DNA of 48,235 nt, from the NCBI GenBank assembly GCA_964517155.1, contig CAZFAZ010000059.1, positions 1-48,235 of the forward strand, written 5' to 3'. The position numbers and the translations under genes were made by a program. Source of the stretch: an uncultured Thermoplasmatales archaeon. GTDB lineage: Archaea > Thermoplasmatota > E2 > DHVEG-1. Below the pieces are notes generated by a model, which was not told the DNA's origin, ran no database searches, and worked only from the letters and a program-made list of their open reading frames with translations. Shown here one piece after another: positions 26,160-36,266 of the stretch (position 1 is its first letter; every line of letters starts with the position of its first letter).

Positions 26160-27857
26160 ATGGAGAACGAAGTCCCAATTCAGAAAAGCATTGTTAGTCT
26201 TGGTGGTAAACCAAAAATTGCATATTTCTCTATGGAAATAGGCATCGATGAAAATATTCCTTCATATAGCGGCGGTCTAGGAATTCTTGCAGGAGATACC
26301 ATTAAATCTTGTGCAGATCTAAATGTTCCTGTAGTTGGTATTACCCTTCTGTCGGAAAACGGTTATTTTTATCAGAAACTAGATGAACAGGGAAATCAAA
26401 TCGAGCTACCAATTCAATTTTCTGTTTCTAATTTCTTACAGGAATTACCTTCAGATACAAATGTTGAAATTGAAGGTAGAAAAGTTAAAGTTCGCGCTTG
26501 GCTGTATCAATATCGTGGCGTTGGAGGATATATAGTTCCAGTATTTTTCTTGGATACAAACATTGAAGGAAACACTGATTGGGACAGACAGCTAACTAAA
26601 TATTTATACGGCGGGGATAACAGATATAGACTTGCTCAAGAAATAATCCTTGGAATTGGTGGCGTAAGAATCCTTAGAGATTTAGGTTATACTACTATTG
26701 ACAAGTATCACATGAATGAAGGTCATGCTGCACTTGGTACTCTTGAACTTTACAATCAATGCAATGATGTTGAAAAAGTTCGCCAGCAATGTGTTTTTAC
26801 TACACATACTCCTGTTGCAGCAGGTCATGACCAGTTTGATATAAACATGGCAAAACCTATGATAGGAAGCATTCTGCCTGATTTTATCCTTGACGATGTA
26901 ACTTTTGAAAACCGGCTTAATATGACGCGCCTTGCCTTGTTTTTCAGCCATTATGTAAACGGCGTTGCAAAGAAACACGGCGAGGTTTCACGCATGATGT
27001 TTCCAGGTTATTCTATTGATTCAATTACTAATGGAGTCCATTCAGCAACATGGGTTTGTGAGCCATTTCAAAGAATTTTTGATAAACATGTACCTGGTTG
27101 GCGCTCTGACCCAAATAGCCTTAGAGCAGCATCAGGGATGGATAAAACTTCGATATGGAATGCTCATATGGAGGCTAAAAGAGAACTTATTAATTTTGTT
27201 AATAAAAGATACAACATTGGAATGAACTATAATGATTTTACTATTGGTTTTGCACGAAGGCAAACCGCATATAAAAGACCAGATCTTCTAATATCTGATC
27301 CAAACAGGCTAACTGATATAGCAGATAAAGTAGGACCAATCCAGATAATATATGCAGGTAAAGCACATCCAAAAGACGGCGGCGGAAAAGATACTATAAA
27401 AAAGATTTTTGATGTTATGAAGAAAATAAATGGCAAAGTAAAAATTGCTTATATTCATAATTATGAAATGTCAATTGCCAAAATGATGATATCTGGTGTG
27501 GATTTATGGCTTAACACACCAAGACGCCCTATGGAAGCATCAGGTACATCAGGTATGAAAGCAGCACATAATGGTGTACCACAGTTTAGCACTCTTGATG
27601 GATGGTGGATAGAAGGCTGGATTGAAAACATCACTGGTTGGTCTATAGGTTCAAGAAGATCAAATGAAAGAGAATCAGATGACGATGCCGATAGAAAAGA
27701 TCTGTATAATAAACTTGAAACATGGATTATGCCAAAATTTTATAAAGATCGCGATAACTGGATTAGAACTATGAGAAGCAGCATAGCGGTTAATGCATCT
27801 TTTTTTAATACAAATCGCATGATACAACAATATGTATTAAATGCTTATTTTATTTAG
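26160..27857 (+). CDS. glgP: Alpha-glucan (glycogen/maltodextrin) phosphorylase, archaeal short GT35 type
   Basis: SGGLGILAGD near the N-terminus and the PLP-lysine region EASGTSGMKAAHNG. ATG at 26160, preceded by GGAGAAAGG, is preferred over the GTG at 26145. Confidence 0.9.
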   Translation: MENEVPIQKSIVSLGGKPKIAYFSMEIGIDENIPSYSGGLGILAGDTIKSCADLNVPVVGITLLSENGYFYQKLDEQGNQIELPIQFSVSNFLQELPSDTNVEIEGRKVKVRAWLYQYRGVGGYIVPVFFLDTNIEGNTDWDRQLTKYLYGGDNRYRLAQEIILGIGGVRILRDLGYTTIDKYHMNEGHAALGTLELYNQCNDVEKVRQQCVFTTHTPVAAGHDQFDINMAKPMIGSILPDFILDDVTFENRLNMTRLALFFSHYVNGVAKKHGEVSRMMFPGYSIDSITNGVHSATWVCEPFQRIFDKHVPGWRSDPNSLRAASGMDKTSIWNAHMEAKRELINFVNKRYNIGMNYNDFTIGFARRQTAYKRPDLLISDPNRLTDIADKVGPIQIIYAGKAHPKDGGGKDTIKKIFDVMKKINGKVKIAYIHNYEMSIAKMMISGVDLWLNTPRRPMEASGTSGMKAAHNGVPQFSTLDGWWIEGWIENITGWSIGSRRSNERESDDDADRKDLYNKLETWIMPKFYKDRDNWIRTMRSSIAVNASFFNTNRMIQQYVLNAYFI

Positions 27858-27871
27858 AAAATATATCTACA

Positions 27872-29740
27872 TCAAATTTGCACTATTAGTGTATTTTCAA
27901 AAAAAAATTTTTCATATTTTGGTTTTATGTTTTCTATATCTTCAACCCATGTACGAAGTATTTCTGCAACACTCCAGGCTTGAGAAATACATCCGCGTGG
28001 AATGTAAACTGGATCACCGTCAAATATCTCATGAATATTTCCATCCCAGTTATCACCAAAAATATCAAGCATTGGTTTTATAAACTCTTTAAATGCATAA
28101 TCGCGACTTTTTTTATCACTGTTAAGCTTAACATAAGATTTAATAAAAGAACCCATAAGCCAAGGCCAAACTGTTCCATTATGATAAGCAATATCTTTGT
28201 GATACGCACCAATATAGCTTCCCTTATAGTTTGGATCGTAAAAAGAAAGTGTTCTAAGTCCAAAAACTGTTAAAAGTTGATCTTTAACCTGCTCAATTAT
28301 CTTCTTTTGAGTTTTTTCATTTATCATTGAATAATCAAGTGAAACTAGAAAAATAGCATTAGGTCTAACTGAAGTATCTTTTGCATCAATTACATCATAA
28401 AACTCATTATACTGCTCATTAAAACTATCGTTTACACAGGCTGCCAACTCTTTATAACAATCCTTTTTACCAAGGCTTTCTGCAAGCTTGCTCATTATCA
28501 TTAAAACATTATACCATAAAGCCTGTATCTCAACTGCTTTTCTACAGCGTGGTGTTGGATAATAATCACCAAGTTTTACATCCATCCAGGTAAGACCTGG
28601 GTCATGACTTATCAGATAATCTTTATCCATGAAAATATTGTAATCGGTTCCATTTTTGTAGCCATGTATAATATTTTCCATTGTCTCCCAAACATCTTTA
28701 AGAAAATCAATATCTTTTGTATATTTCATATACTGATAAACGCGGTCTATAAACCACAAAGATGCATCAACTGTATTATATGAAGGCTTTGAATCTCTAT
28801 CGCCAAAAACATTTGGAATAAGACCATTTCTGCAATAACTTGCAAATGTAGAAAGTATATTTTTTGCTTCATTAAAACGATGTGTCACAAGAGTTAAACC
28901 AGGAAGAGCAATTAAAGTATCTCTACCCCAATCTCCAAACCAGGGATAACCTGCTATAACCGATTTACCAGTTCCTTTTTTAACAATGAAATTATCAGAT
29001 GCAAGAACTAGTTTTTCAAATTTTTCAGAAAGATTTGTGTCTTGAATTAATTGTTGTTTCCTTTGTTTTTCTTTTGAAAAAACAGCAGATGGATTAATGT
29101 TTAAATCATCTTCAATTGTTAAAACCAAATAATAAACAGTAGGCTTTTTTATAAGTTTATAAAAATAGCCTGTATGAACAGCATTATCTATCCAGGAATC
29201 ACCACGATTTCTATCTTTTTCATAATACATTGTTTCCCAGTAATTTTTCTGAGAATATGCACAATCCTTAAGAATAATTTTAAGGGTTTTATCAGTGTTT
29301 TCCGGTTTAACAAAAAGAGTGCTATCCTTTATATTTTGTTGAAAAGAAAGATATCTTTGGCTGTTAACATCATAAAAATGTCTGGAATGAACAAAGGGGG
29401 CATGAACCATTGTCAAAGGTTTCTTAGTTTTAACATCATATCTGATAATTGTTGTGTTTTTACTATGCTGCATTAGAATTGTTTTTTTGATTTTAATGTC
29501 ATCTTTTTCATAAGTAAAACTTGGAAAAGTATCAAAACTAAAATTTTGTTTAAATTGTTCAAGAGAATGTGCTTCATCACCGATTTGTAGCTTATCAATT
29601 ATATTTGATACAAAAATCCATCTTTGTGTAGGAGGATTAAGACTTGTAATTAAAAGCCCGTGAAATTTACTAGTATTAGTATTTTGAGATGTAAGACTAG
29701 CATATCCACCGAGACCATTTGTAACAAGCCATTCTCTCAT
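27872..29740 (-). CDS. Glycogen debranching enzyme, archaeal type (amylo-alpha-1,6-glucosidase domain)
   Basis: N-terminus MREWLVTNGLGGYAS, plus GYPWFGDWGRDT and HNGTVWPW motifs typical of the GDE_C (alpha/alpha)6 family. Confidence 0.87.
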   Translation of the reverse strand: MREWLVTNGLGGYASLTSQNTNTSKFHGLLITSLNPPTQRWIFVSNIIDKLQIGDEAHSLEQFKQNFSFDTFPSFTYEKDDIKIKKTILMQHSKNTTIIRYDVKTKKPLTMVHAPFVHSRHFYDVNSQRYLSFQQNIKDSTLFVKPENTDKTLKIILKDCAYSQKNYWETMYYEKDRNRGDSWIDNAVHTGYFYKLIKKPTVYYLVLTIEDDLNINPSAVFSKEKQRKQQLIQDTNLSEKFEKLVLASDNFIVKKGTGKSVIAGYPWFGDWGRDTLIALPGLTLVTHRFNEAKNILSTFASYCRNGLIPNVFGDRDSKPSYNTVDASLWFIDRVYQYMKYTKDIDFLKDVWETMENIIHGYKNGTDYNIFMDKDYLISHDPGLTWMDVKLGDYYPTPRCRKAVEIQALWYNVLMIMSKLAESLGKKDCYKELAACVNDSFNEQYNEFYDVIDAKDTSVRPNAIFLVSLDYSMINEKTQKKIIEQVKDQLLTVFGLRTLSFYDPNYKGSYIGAYHKDIAYHNGTVWPWLMGSFIKSYVKLNSDKKSRDYAFKEFIKPMLDIFGDNWDGNIHEIFDGDPVYIPRGCISQAWSVAEILRTWVEDIENIKPKYEKFFFENTLIVQI

Positions 29741-29752
29741 AGTTTCACATCC

Positions 29753-30997
29753 TTATCTTATGAATTCTTGATAAATATTTAATGTCCTCTGTGTAACTGC
29801 ATCCCAACTAAATGTTTCAAGCACTCTTTTTCTTGCGTTTTGCCCCATCCATTCTGCTCTTTTTTTATCCTGCAAGACCTGTTTTATACCCCATGCTATA
29901 TCATTTGGTTCATGCGGGTTTATATGAAAACCGCTTTGTTTTTCACCAGTCGGCAGAATTTGTTCTCTAAAACCATTTGTCCCGCGTGCACCTACAACTG
30001 TTGGTTTTGCCATGCTCATTGATTCTGTGCAGACTATGCCAAAAGGCTCATAAATAGAAGGTAGAACCACGCAATCTGATGCAGCATAATGTTTTATCCT
30101 CTCAGGTTCACTTATAAATTCTGTTCTAAAAATTACTTTATCCCCGATTCCAAGATTTCTTGCAGTGTCTTTTAAATTCCATTCCATATCACCAATTCCT
30201 AGAACAACTAGTTTTGTATTTGGAAAATCATCAAGAACACTAGGCATTGCTCGCACTAGTTTGTCGATACCTTTGACTGTTACTAGACGGCCTACAAAAA
30301 AAATCATGTTTTCGCCATCATTTATTCCATAACCTCGTCTGAGCTGAAGTCGTTCGTCTTTTGATACTTTTGCAGGATCATATTTTTTGGGGTCGACTCC
30401 ATTCCAACAAACACGTATTTTATCTGGTGGAAAACCTAGTTTTTCCAGTTCGTCTTTCATTGCAAAAGAAACAGTTATTACACAATCTGCGTTTTGTCCG
30501 CCTTCATATTCTATATCTTTTATAGTATGACTTCCACGACCTACAGAACGGCCTACTTCTGTCGAATGAACATGAAATATTAAAGGAATTTTTAGTTCTT
30601 TTTTTGCTATCATTCCACCCATAATTCCCAGCCAATCATGTGCATCAACGATATCAAACTGTTTTTTTTCTTTTCTAACAAGTAAGTTTACCATTTGCGA
30701 AGCAGACATAGTGCTATAGCTTACAACATCTGCAAAAAACTTAAAGTTTGCACCCCATGATTTAAGCTCATGCTCTGCAAAAAGCCTAAACGTCTCTGTT
30801 AAATCAAGTGTTTTAGGCCTGTATACATCTATACCATTGTAGTCTTCATAAGTTGGAAGAGCATTGTTTTCGTTTAAGCAAAAAACTGTGACGTTATGGC
30901 CAAAAAAAGCCTGTTTTTGCGTAATTTCTGTTGCAAAAGTTCCTAGACCGCCGAATATAACTGGCGGGTACTCCCAACTGAAATGAGCTATCTTCAA
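29753..30997 (-). CDS. Glycogen-synthase-like glycosyltransferase (GT4/GT5, GT-B)
   Basis: MKIAHFSWEYPPVIFGGLGTF (K-x-GGL-like motif) and C-terminal LPSIYEPFGIVCTESMSMAKP. TTG start preceded by GGAGAGG. Confidence 0.8.
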   Translation of the reverse strand: MKIAHFSWEYPPVIFGGLGTFATEITQKQAFFGHNVTVFCLNENNALPTYEDYNGIDVYRPKTLDLTETFRLFAEHELKSWGANFKFFADVVSYSTMSASQMVNLLVRKEKKQFDIVDAHDWLGIMGGMIAKKELKIPLIFHVHSTEVGRSVGRGSHTIKDIEYEGGQNADCVITVSFAMKDELEKLGFPPDKIRVCWNGVDPKKYDPAKVSKDERLQLRRGYGINDGENMIFFVGRLVTVKGIDKLVRAMPSVLDDFPNTKLVVLGIGDMEWNLKDTARNLGIGDKVIFRTEFISEPERIKHYAASDCVVLPSIYEPFGIVCTESMSMAKPTVVGARGTNGFREQILPTGEKQSGFHINPHEPNDIAWGIKQVLQDKKRAEWMGQNARKRVLETFSWDAVTQRTLNIYQEFIR

Positions 30998-31077
30998 ATT
31001 AGCCTCTCCTCAAAAATGTAAAACAAGTACCTCTTTAAAAACTTATATAATTTAAAATAAAGAAATTTTTAAGTTAA

Positions 31078-33117
31078 TTATATGTCAACTGGATTCATTA
31101 GTGGATAATTGTCTGCATTATATGAATTATCACCAATTCCATCTCCATCATTATCTACGCCAGCATATTTATCATAATAATTCCCAACTGAACCATTATC
31201 CCATCTATTTGTACCATCGTCTGTCTCTTTTAGGAATATATAATCAATAAAATTATTTGAAAATATTGTATTATAATATCCTGAGATACTAACACCATAA
31301 TAATTTGAAGTAAGATTGTTATTTTTTATTGTATTATTTGAGCTGCTAACCTTTATTCCAGCACCACCACTTCCTGAAGATATTTTGTTATTATTAATTG
31401 TATTATAATCAGAGTAATATACCAGTTCAATTCCATTTTTGTTATCTGTTAATACATTATTTTCGACTACGTTATTGTTGCTATATGCGTTTAGATAGAT
31501 GCCTTTTGACTCTGTAATTGCAGATGGTCCATTAATATAGGCAAATACATCATAGTTAATCTTGTTATTTCTAATAGTGCTATTCTGAGTATTAAACAAC
31601 CCTATACCTGTAAATGCGTTATTTATTTCTTGATTCTCAACAATTATGTTATCGCATCTAATAAGTATCACTTGACCTGCATCTTCATTAACAACCGTGT
31701 CTGATTCATCTTCTAAATAGATTAGAGGTTTTCCATTGACAAAATTATTTTGAACTGTATTGTCTATTGTGTAAAAATCAATTTCTAAACCATAATTATT
31801 GAAATTATTATTGATAATGATGTTGTTTGTGCTATTACTATCATAGAAGAAATGGATTGAACCATTAATAGTGTTATCTTGTATGGTGTTATAGTCAGAC
31901 TTATCTAGTAATAAGTTACCCAAATTATTATTCGAAATAGTATTGTAAAAAGAATTGTAAAATCTGATACTTCTGGATTTACAATCAATGAACTCATTGT
32001 TTTGAATGATATTATTGTTTACAGACCAAAGCATTATACTTTCTCTACAATTTTTAAAATCATTATTTTCAATTAAGTTATCATCTGAGCTAGATATGGT
32101 AAGCCCCGATGTAGATATATCTGAAAATTGATTATTTGAAATGATACAATCTTCGGAATTAATAAGATAAAGACCATATGAAATATATTCTATTTTTTGA
32201 TTTTGAACTGTTATGTTGTCAGAATTAATTATTATGATTTGACCTACTTCTTCATCAACAATTAAATTGGACTTATTTTCTAGATATATAAGCTCTTTTT
32301 CTCTTACATAATTATTACTAACATCGTTGTTAGATGAATCTGATAAATGAATACCATTATTTTCAAACGTGTTTCCTATAATGCTATTTTTACTTGAGTC
32401 TATGATAAACAGACTTTCGTCTGTTGTCGATATTTCATTATTTAAGATTTTGTTGTCTAATCCATTATTTATAATCATAATTCCATAATTTTCTCCGGTT
32501 AGGATATTATCATATATTGTATTATTTTTACAACTATTATTTAGTTTTATACGAGAACCAGAAAATTCATTATTTGAAATATTGTTATTATCTGAAAAAT
32601 CTAAGTATACTCCAGCATCATTCAAATCAACAAAATCATTGTTAATGATTTTAGTATTATTTGAATAGTTTAGATAAATGCCATAGTAACTTTTTGAGAA
32701 AACATTATTTGATATTTCATTGAAATTTGAATTGATTTGTATGCCACAATTATTATTTGGATGTCGGGAGTTAACTTGTAAATTTCTAATAGTAAAATTA
32801 CTGATTTTTACATCATCAGAATTGATTGTAATAGCACTTCCGGTACTCCAAATTGCTGGAAACATGCCATCAATAATTGTATTAGCTTTATTATTGCCAT
32901 TTAATGTTATCGATTTATTAATGAATATGGTTTCATTATAAACTCCAATTGGGATATTAATTACATCGCCCGGAGATGCACTGTCAATTAATTGTTGTAT
33001 GCTCATTGTTTCTGTTGTATTATAAGAATCTTTAGGTGTTTCTTCTTCAACACATCCGACAAAAATTATAACAATTAATAAAACGACAAAAAATACCGTA
33101 AATATTTTTCTCCTCAT
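31078..33117 (-). CDS. Secreted parallel beta-helix (NosD/PbH1 repeat) protein, probable lipoprotein
   Basis: The N-terminus FFVVLLIVIIFVGCVEEE looks like a lipobox. About 25 beta-helix coils rich in N-x-I/V-x-x-N. C-terminal GNYYDKYAGVDNDGDGIGD motif shared with 20353..21186. No PGF-CTERM. Confidence 0.75.
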   Translation of the reverse strand: MRRKIFTVFFVVLLIVIIFVGCVEEETPKDSYNTTETMSIQQLIDSASPGDVINIPIGVYNETIFINKSITLNGNNKANTIIDGMFPAIWSTGSAITINSDDVKISNFTIRNLQVNSRHPNNNCGIQINSNFNEISNNVFSKSYYGIYLNYSNNTKIINNDFVDLNDAGVYLDFSDNNNISNNEFSGSRIKLNNSCKNNTIYDNILTGENYGIMIINNGLDNKILNNEISTTDESLFIIDSSKNSIIGNTFENNGIHLSDSSNNDVSNNYVREKELIYLENKSNLIVDEEVGQIIIINSDNITVQNQKIEYISYGLYLINSEDCIISNNQFSDISTSGLTISSSDDNLIENNDFKNCRESIMLWSVNNNIIQNNEFIDCKSRSIRFYNSFYNTISNNNLGNLLLDKSDYNTIQDNTINGSIHFFYDSNSTNNIIINNNFNNYGLEIDFYTIDNTVQNNFVNGKPLIYLEDESDTVVNEDAGQVILIRCDNIIVENQEINNAFTGIGLFNTQNSTIRNNKINYDVFAYINGPSAITESKGIYLNAYSNNNVVENNVLTDNKNGIELVYYSDYNTINNNKISSGSGGAGIKVSSSNNTIKNNNLTSNYYGVSISGYYNTIFSNNFIDYIFLKETDDGTNRWDNGSVGNYYDKYAGVDNDGDGIGDNSYNADNYPLMNPVDI

Positions 33118-33138
33118 CCTTTCACATCAAACATTTTA

Positions 33139-34317
33139 TCATATTTTTTGTTTTAAATCTTGTAAGATATTCATATAATTAATAAAGCCGTCATAAGGTC
33201 CATCATAAGGACTAAAATACGCATGGACATCACCATCGGCAAGACCTTTTGTCGAGCAATAATAAAGATGATCACTTGTCTGAAGCCTGCGCCAAGTTGC
33301 AAGAAGCGCTGGGTCTTTTTTTTCTTTGATTTTACGACCTATAGTTTTAAGCTCATTAAAACATGCAATTTGCATATCGTTACCTAGCCATGTTGATACA
33401 TTGCGGTCTTCATCTGCCCAAGAAATAGCCCAAGGAACATCGATATCACCTACGGCATCGTATTTTTCAACAGCCGTAGATGTTGTTATAAAATCCATAT
33501 GTTGATGTTTTAAGACTTCACCAGGCAAATGCCCAAGAAAATCAAATATACCTGTCTCAGTCCACTGATGCTCACCAAAGGTTTCATAATCCATAAATAA
33601 ATTAATTAAATCACCTTGAATACGAGACATCCAACTAGCGTATTTATCAGCCGTAAGTGGCCAGCCTTTCCACATCTGTGAAGAAAATCTAAAACCTACA
33701 TCATCGCTTAAATCATAATTTCTTAAAAGAACCTTTAAATCTGAATTAACTGGCTTATACAAAAAGTTTGGACTACGCCATCCAAGAATCTTTTCTGTTC
33801 CCTCAGTTAGTATTCCTTTATAACCCATATCTGCTACTTTTTTTGCTATACGATTATCATAAATTGCTTCAGTGTTTCTAAAAACCCTAGGTTTATAATT
33901 AAAAATATTTTTAATCATCTGACGATGCAGTTTAACCTGATCTTCAAACTCATCCATCTCATCATACAGACTAGAAAGCGAGTGATAATAAGTCTCCTCC
34001 ATTATATCTATTGAACCAGTCTTAAAAAGTTCTTTAAAACTATCAAGCACCTCAGGCATAAACTCCTGACAATACTCTACAAAAGTACCAGTCAAGCTAA
34101 AAGAAACCCTAAAATTTCCATCATGCTTTCTTATAAGCTCAAGCAACAGATTATTAGTTGGAAGATAACATTTTTTTGCAACCTTTGTAAAAATCTGCTC
34201 ATTTAATTTCTTATTAAAATAATCAAAATGATTACTCTCTCCACCAATATTAAAAACTGAGAACTTGTTAAGTCTCATTGGCTGATGCACTTCAAAATAC
34301 ATACAAACAGAGGTCAT
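33139..34317 (-). CDS. Glycoside hydrolase family 57 protein (alpha-amylase / alpha-glucan-active)
   Basis: N-terminal YFEVHQPMRL and DYETFGEHQW motifs characteristic of GH57. Confidence 0.87.
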   Translation of the reverse strand: MTSVCMYFEVHQPMRLNKFSVFNIGGESNHFDYFNKKLNEQIFTKVAKKCYLPTNNLLLELIRKHDGNFRVSFSLTGTFVEYCQEFMPEVLDSFKELFKTGSIDIMEETYYHSLSSLYDEMDEFEDQVKLHRQMIKNIFNYKPRVFRNTEAIYDNRIAKKVADMGYKGILTEGTEKILGWRSPNFLYKPVNSDLKVLLRNYDLSDDVGFRFSSQMWKGWPLTADKYASWMSRIQGDLINLFMDYETFGEHQWTETGIFDFLGHLPGEVLKHQHMDFITTSTAVEKYDAVGDIDVPWAISWADEDRNVSTWLGNDMQIACFNELKTIGRKIKEKKDPALLATWRRLQTSDHLYYCSTKGLADGDVHAYFSPYDGPYDGFINYMNILQDLKQKI

Positions 34318-34319
34318 TA

Positions 34320-35450
34320 TTAATTTATTCCCCTATAGACGTCGATTGTTTTATCTGCAACACGATCCCAGGTAAATAAATCTATCTCCTGTTTTCCTTC
34401 TTTTGCAAGTGTTCTACGCAAAGGATCATATCTAAGAAGAGATACAATTTTATTTGCCATCTCATCAGTATCCCAAAAATCAACACGAAGACAATTTTTA
34501 AAAGCCTCTGAAAAACCAGCAGTTTTACTAGCAATCGTTGGAGTACCTGCAGAAATTGCTTCAAGGGCAGTAATACCAAAAGGCTCACTTACCGAAGGCA
34601 TTACATAAACACTAGAAATACCATAAATATGTTTGACTTCTTCTTCAGTAAGCCTACCTGTAAAAATTACTCTGTCAGATATACCCATATCAACTGCCTG
34701 GCTGATAAGCTGAGGCAGCATATCTCCTGTTCCTGCTACAACAAACTTTGCATCAGACTCAAAATCTTTTACTTTTTGAGCAGCTTTTAAGAAAAACTCA
34801 GCACCCTTTTGAATAGTAAGACGACCTAAAAAAAGTACAATTTCTTTTTTATGTCCTTCAGAAAGTGGATAAACCGCGTTATGCACAACAGTTATCTTAT
34901 CAGGATTAATGCCATATTTTTCAACACAAACACGCTTAGTAAAATGACTTACAGCAATAATTCTATCGGCTTTTTGCATACCTTGGCGCTCAATGTCAAT
35001 AAACCATTGATTTGGATAAAGCCAACCAGAGCGATCATACTCTGTAGAATGAATTGTAAGTACTAAGGGTATATCCCATTTTTCCTTAATTTCAATTCCA
35101 GCCTTCATCGTAAGCCAATCATGACAGTGAACTGCATCAAATTTTCCTTCTTTTTTGATACTTTCTTCAACTTTTGATACAACCAGGCTGTTATAGTAAT
35201 AAACAGCCTCATAAAAATTGCCGCCAATTTCCTTTGAATCAGGTCTATCATATGGAAAAACTTCAGTTTCTCCAACTTCTATAATTTTTAAATTTTCTTT
35301 ATCGCTTTTCGCAGATTCCTTAGTCTTTGGCATAAAAAAATAGACTTTTGTATTTTTATCAGCAAGACTGCGTGTAAGCCCATAGCAATGAGTAGCAAGA
35401 CCACCTGCTTTAAACGGTGGATACTCCCAACCAATCATTGCTATTTTCAT
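34320..35450 (-). CDS. glgA: Glycogen synthase (archaeal GT5-type)
   Basis: MKIAMIGWEYPPFKAGGLATH (KAGGL motif) and MPSVSEPFGITALEAISAGTP. ATG at 35450 is preferred over the GTG at 35459. Its stop lies 2 nt upstream of the GH57 gene start. Confidence 0.85.
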   Translation of the reverse strand: MKIAMIGWEYPPFKAGGLATHCYGLTRSLADKNTKVYFFMPKTKESAKSDKENLKIIEVGETEVFPYDRPDSKEIGGNFYEAVYYYNSLVVSKVEESIKKEGKFDAVHCHDWLTMKAGIEIKEKWDIPLVLTIHSTEYDRSGWLYPNQWFIDIERQGMQKADRIIAVSHFTKRVCVEKYGINPDKITVVHNAVYPLSEGHKKEIVLFLGRLTIQKGAEFFLKAAQKVKDFESDAKFVVAGTGDMLPQLISQAVDMGISDRVIFTGRLTEEEVKHIYGISSVYVMPSVSEPFGITALEAISAGTPTIASKTAGFSEAFKNCLRVDFWDTDEMANKIVSLLRYDPLRRTLAKEGKQEIDLFTWDRVADKTIDVYRGIN

Positions 35451-35594
35451 CTTATACACCTTTTTATTAATCTTAAATCAGTTCCTAAAGTAATGCATTT
35501 CTTTGAATTATTTTCAATTATTTCTTCTTTAACTATCATCTAACAATTTTTTAATTTTGTGTTTTTTTTCTCCCCAAATCAAACGCATATTAAA

Positions 35595-35987
35595 TTACTT
35601 CAATTTAAACCTATTCCTTTCATCAGTATATATTTTATCTTCACGTGCAAGCCAACCAAGAGCACTATGAACCTGAGTATCATCAAGATCGGAAAGCCTT
35701 TTTATCGAATCGTAATCAACATCCTCCCATATATCTAAAATCTTGTAGACTCTTCCAGCATGAGTACCAATCTCATGTCCGATATTAGTATTATCAAGTT
35801 TGAAACACTCGTTATCATACTTTGAAACTTTATTTTCACGTGCAAGCCAGCCAACTGCTGAATAAAACTCTTTTTCATTAAGTTTTGTGACTTCTAAAAT
35901 ATCATCTTTTTTTAAGCATCCCTTCTCATTTAAAATAGTCCAAAGTCTACCTGCATTCTCTCCAAACTTTTTTGTAACATGACTCAT
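35595..35987 (-). CDS. Tandem winged-helix protein (two DUF2582-like wHTH repeats)
   Basis: Repeats AGRLWTILNEKG...SAVGWLARENKV and AGRVYKILDIWE...SALGWLAREDKI. GAGGAGG Shine-Dalgarno; the second ATG (35987) has the better spacing. Confidence 0.65.
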   Translation of the reverse strand: MSHVTKKFGENAGRLWTILNEKGCLKKDDILEVTKLNEKEFYSAVGWLARENKVSKYDNECFKLDNTNIGHEIGTHAGRVYKILDIWEDVDYDSIKRLSDLDDTQVHSALGWLAREDKIYTDERNRFKLK

Positions 35988-36266
35988 GAGCATCCTCCTC
36001 TAGTTAAAAAGGGTATAAAATAACATATTATAAGATTATCTAAAAAAAAGAAAATTGTCAGTATTTAATTATTTTTTGTAACATAATTTATTTTTTTAGA
36101 ATAAACTATGTAAAGGACATTAGAAAATTTTCATATATTTTTTAGTTTATTGCATGTTTTTCATCTAAGAAAGCCCTGCACAGCCCTTCAAGGCTCTATC
36201 TGTTGTAAGATTTCGTAACCTCTGCAAAAGTCATAGGCTTCTTGTCATCTAATGGCTGTTTGTATC

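Noticed and set aside
20353-33117. Interpreting the two NosD-repeat proteins as nitrous-oxide reductase maturation factors
   Set aside because: No nosZ, nosF, nosY or nosL is nearby. One protein has a PGF-CTERM anchor and the other a lipobox, and both are far outside any nos context. Only the generic parallel beta-helix fold is claimed.
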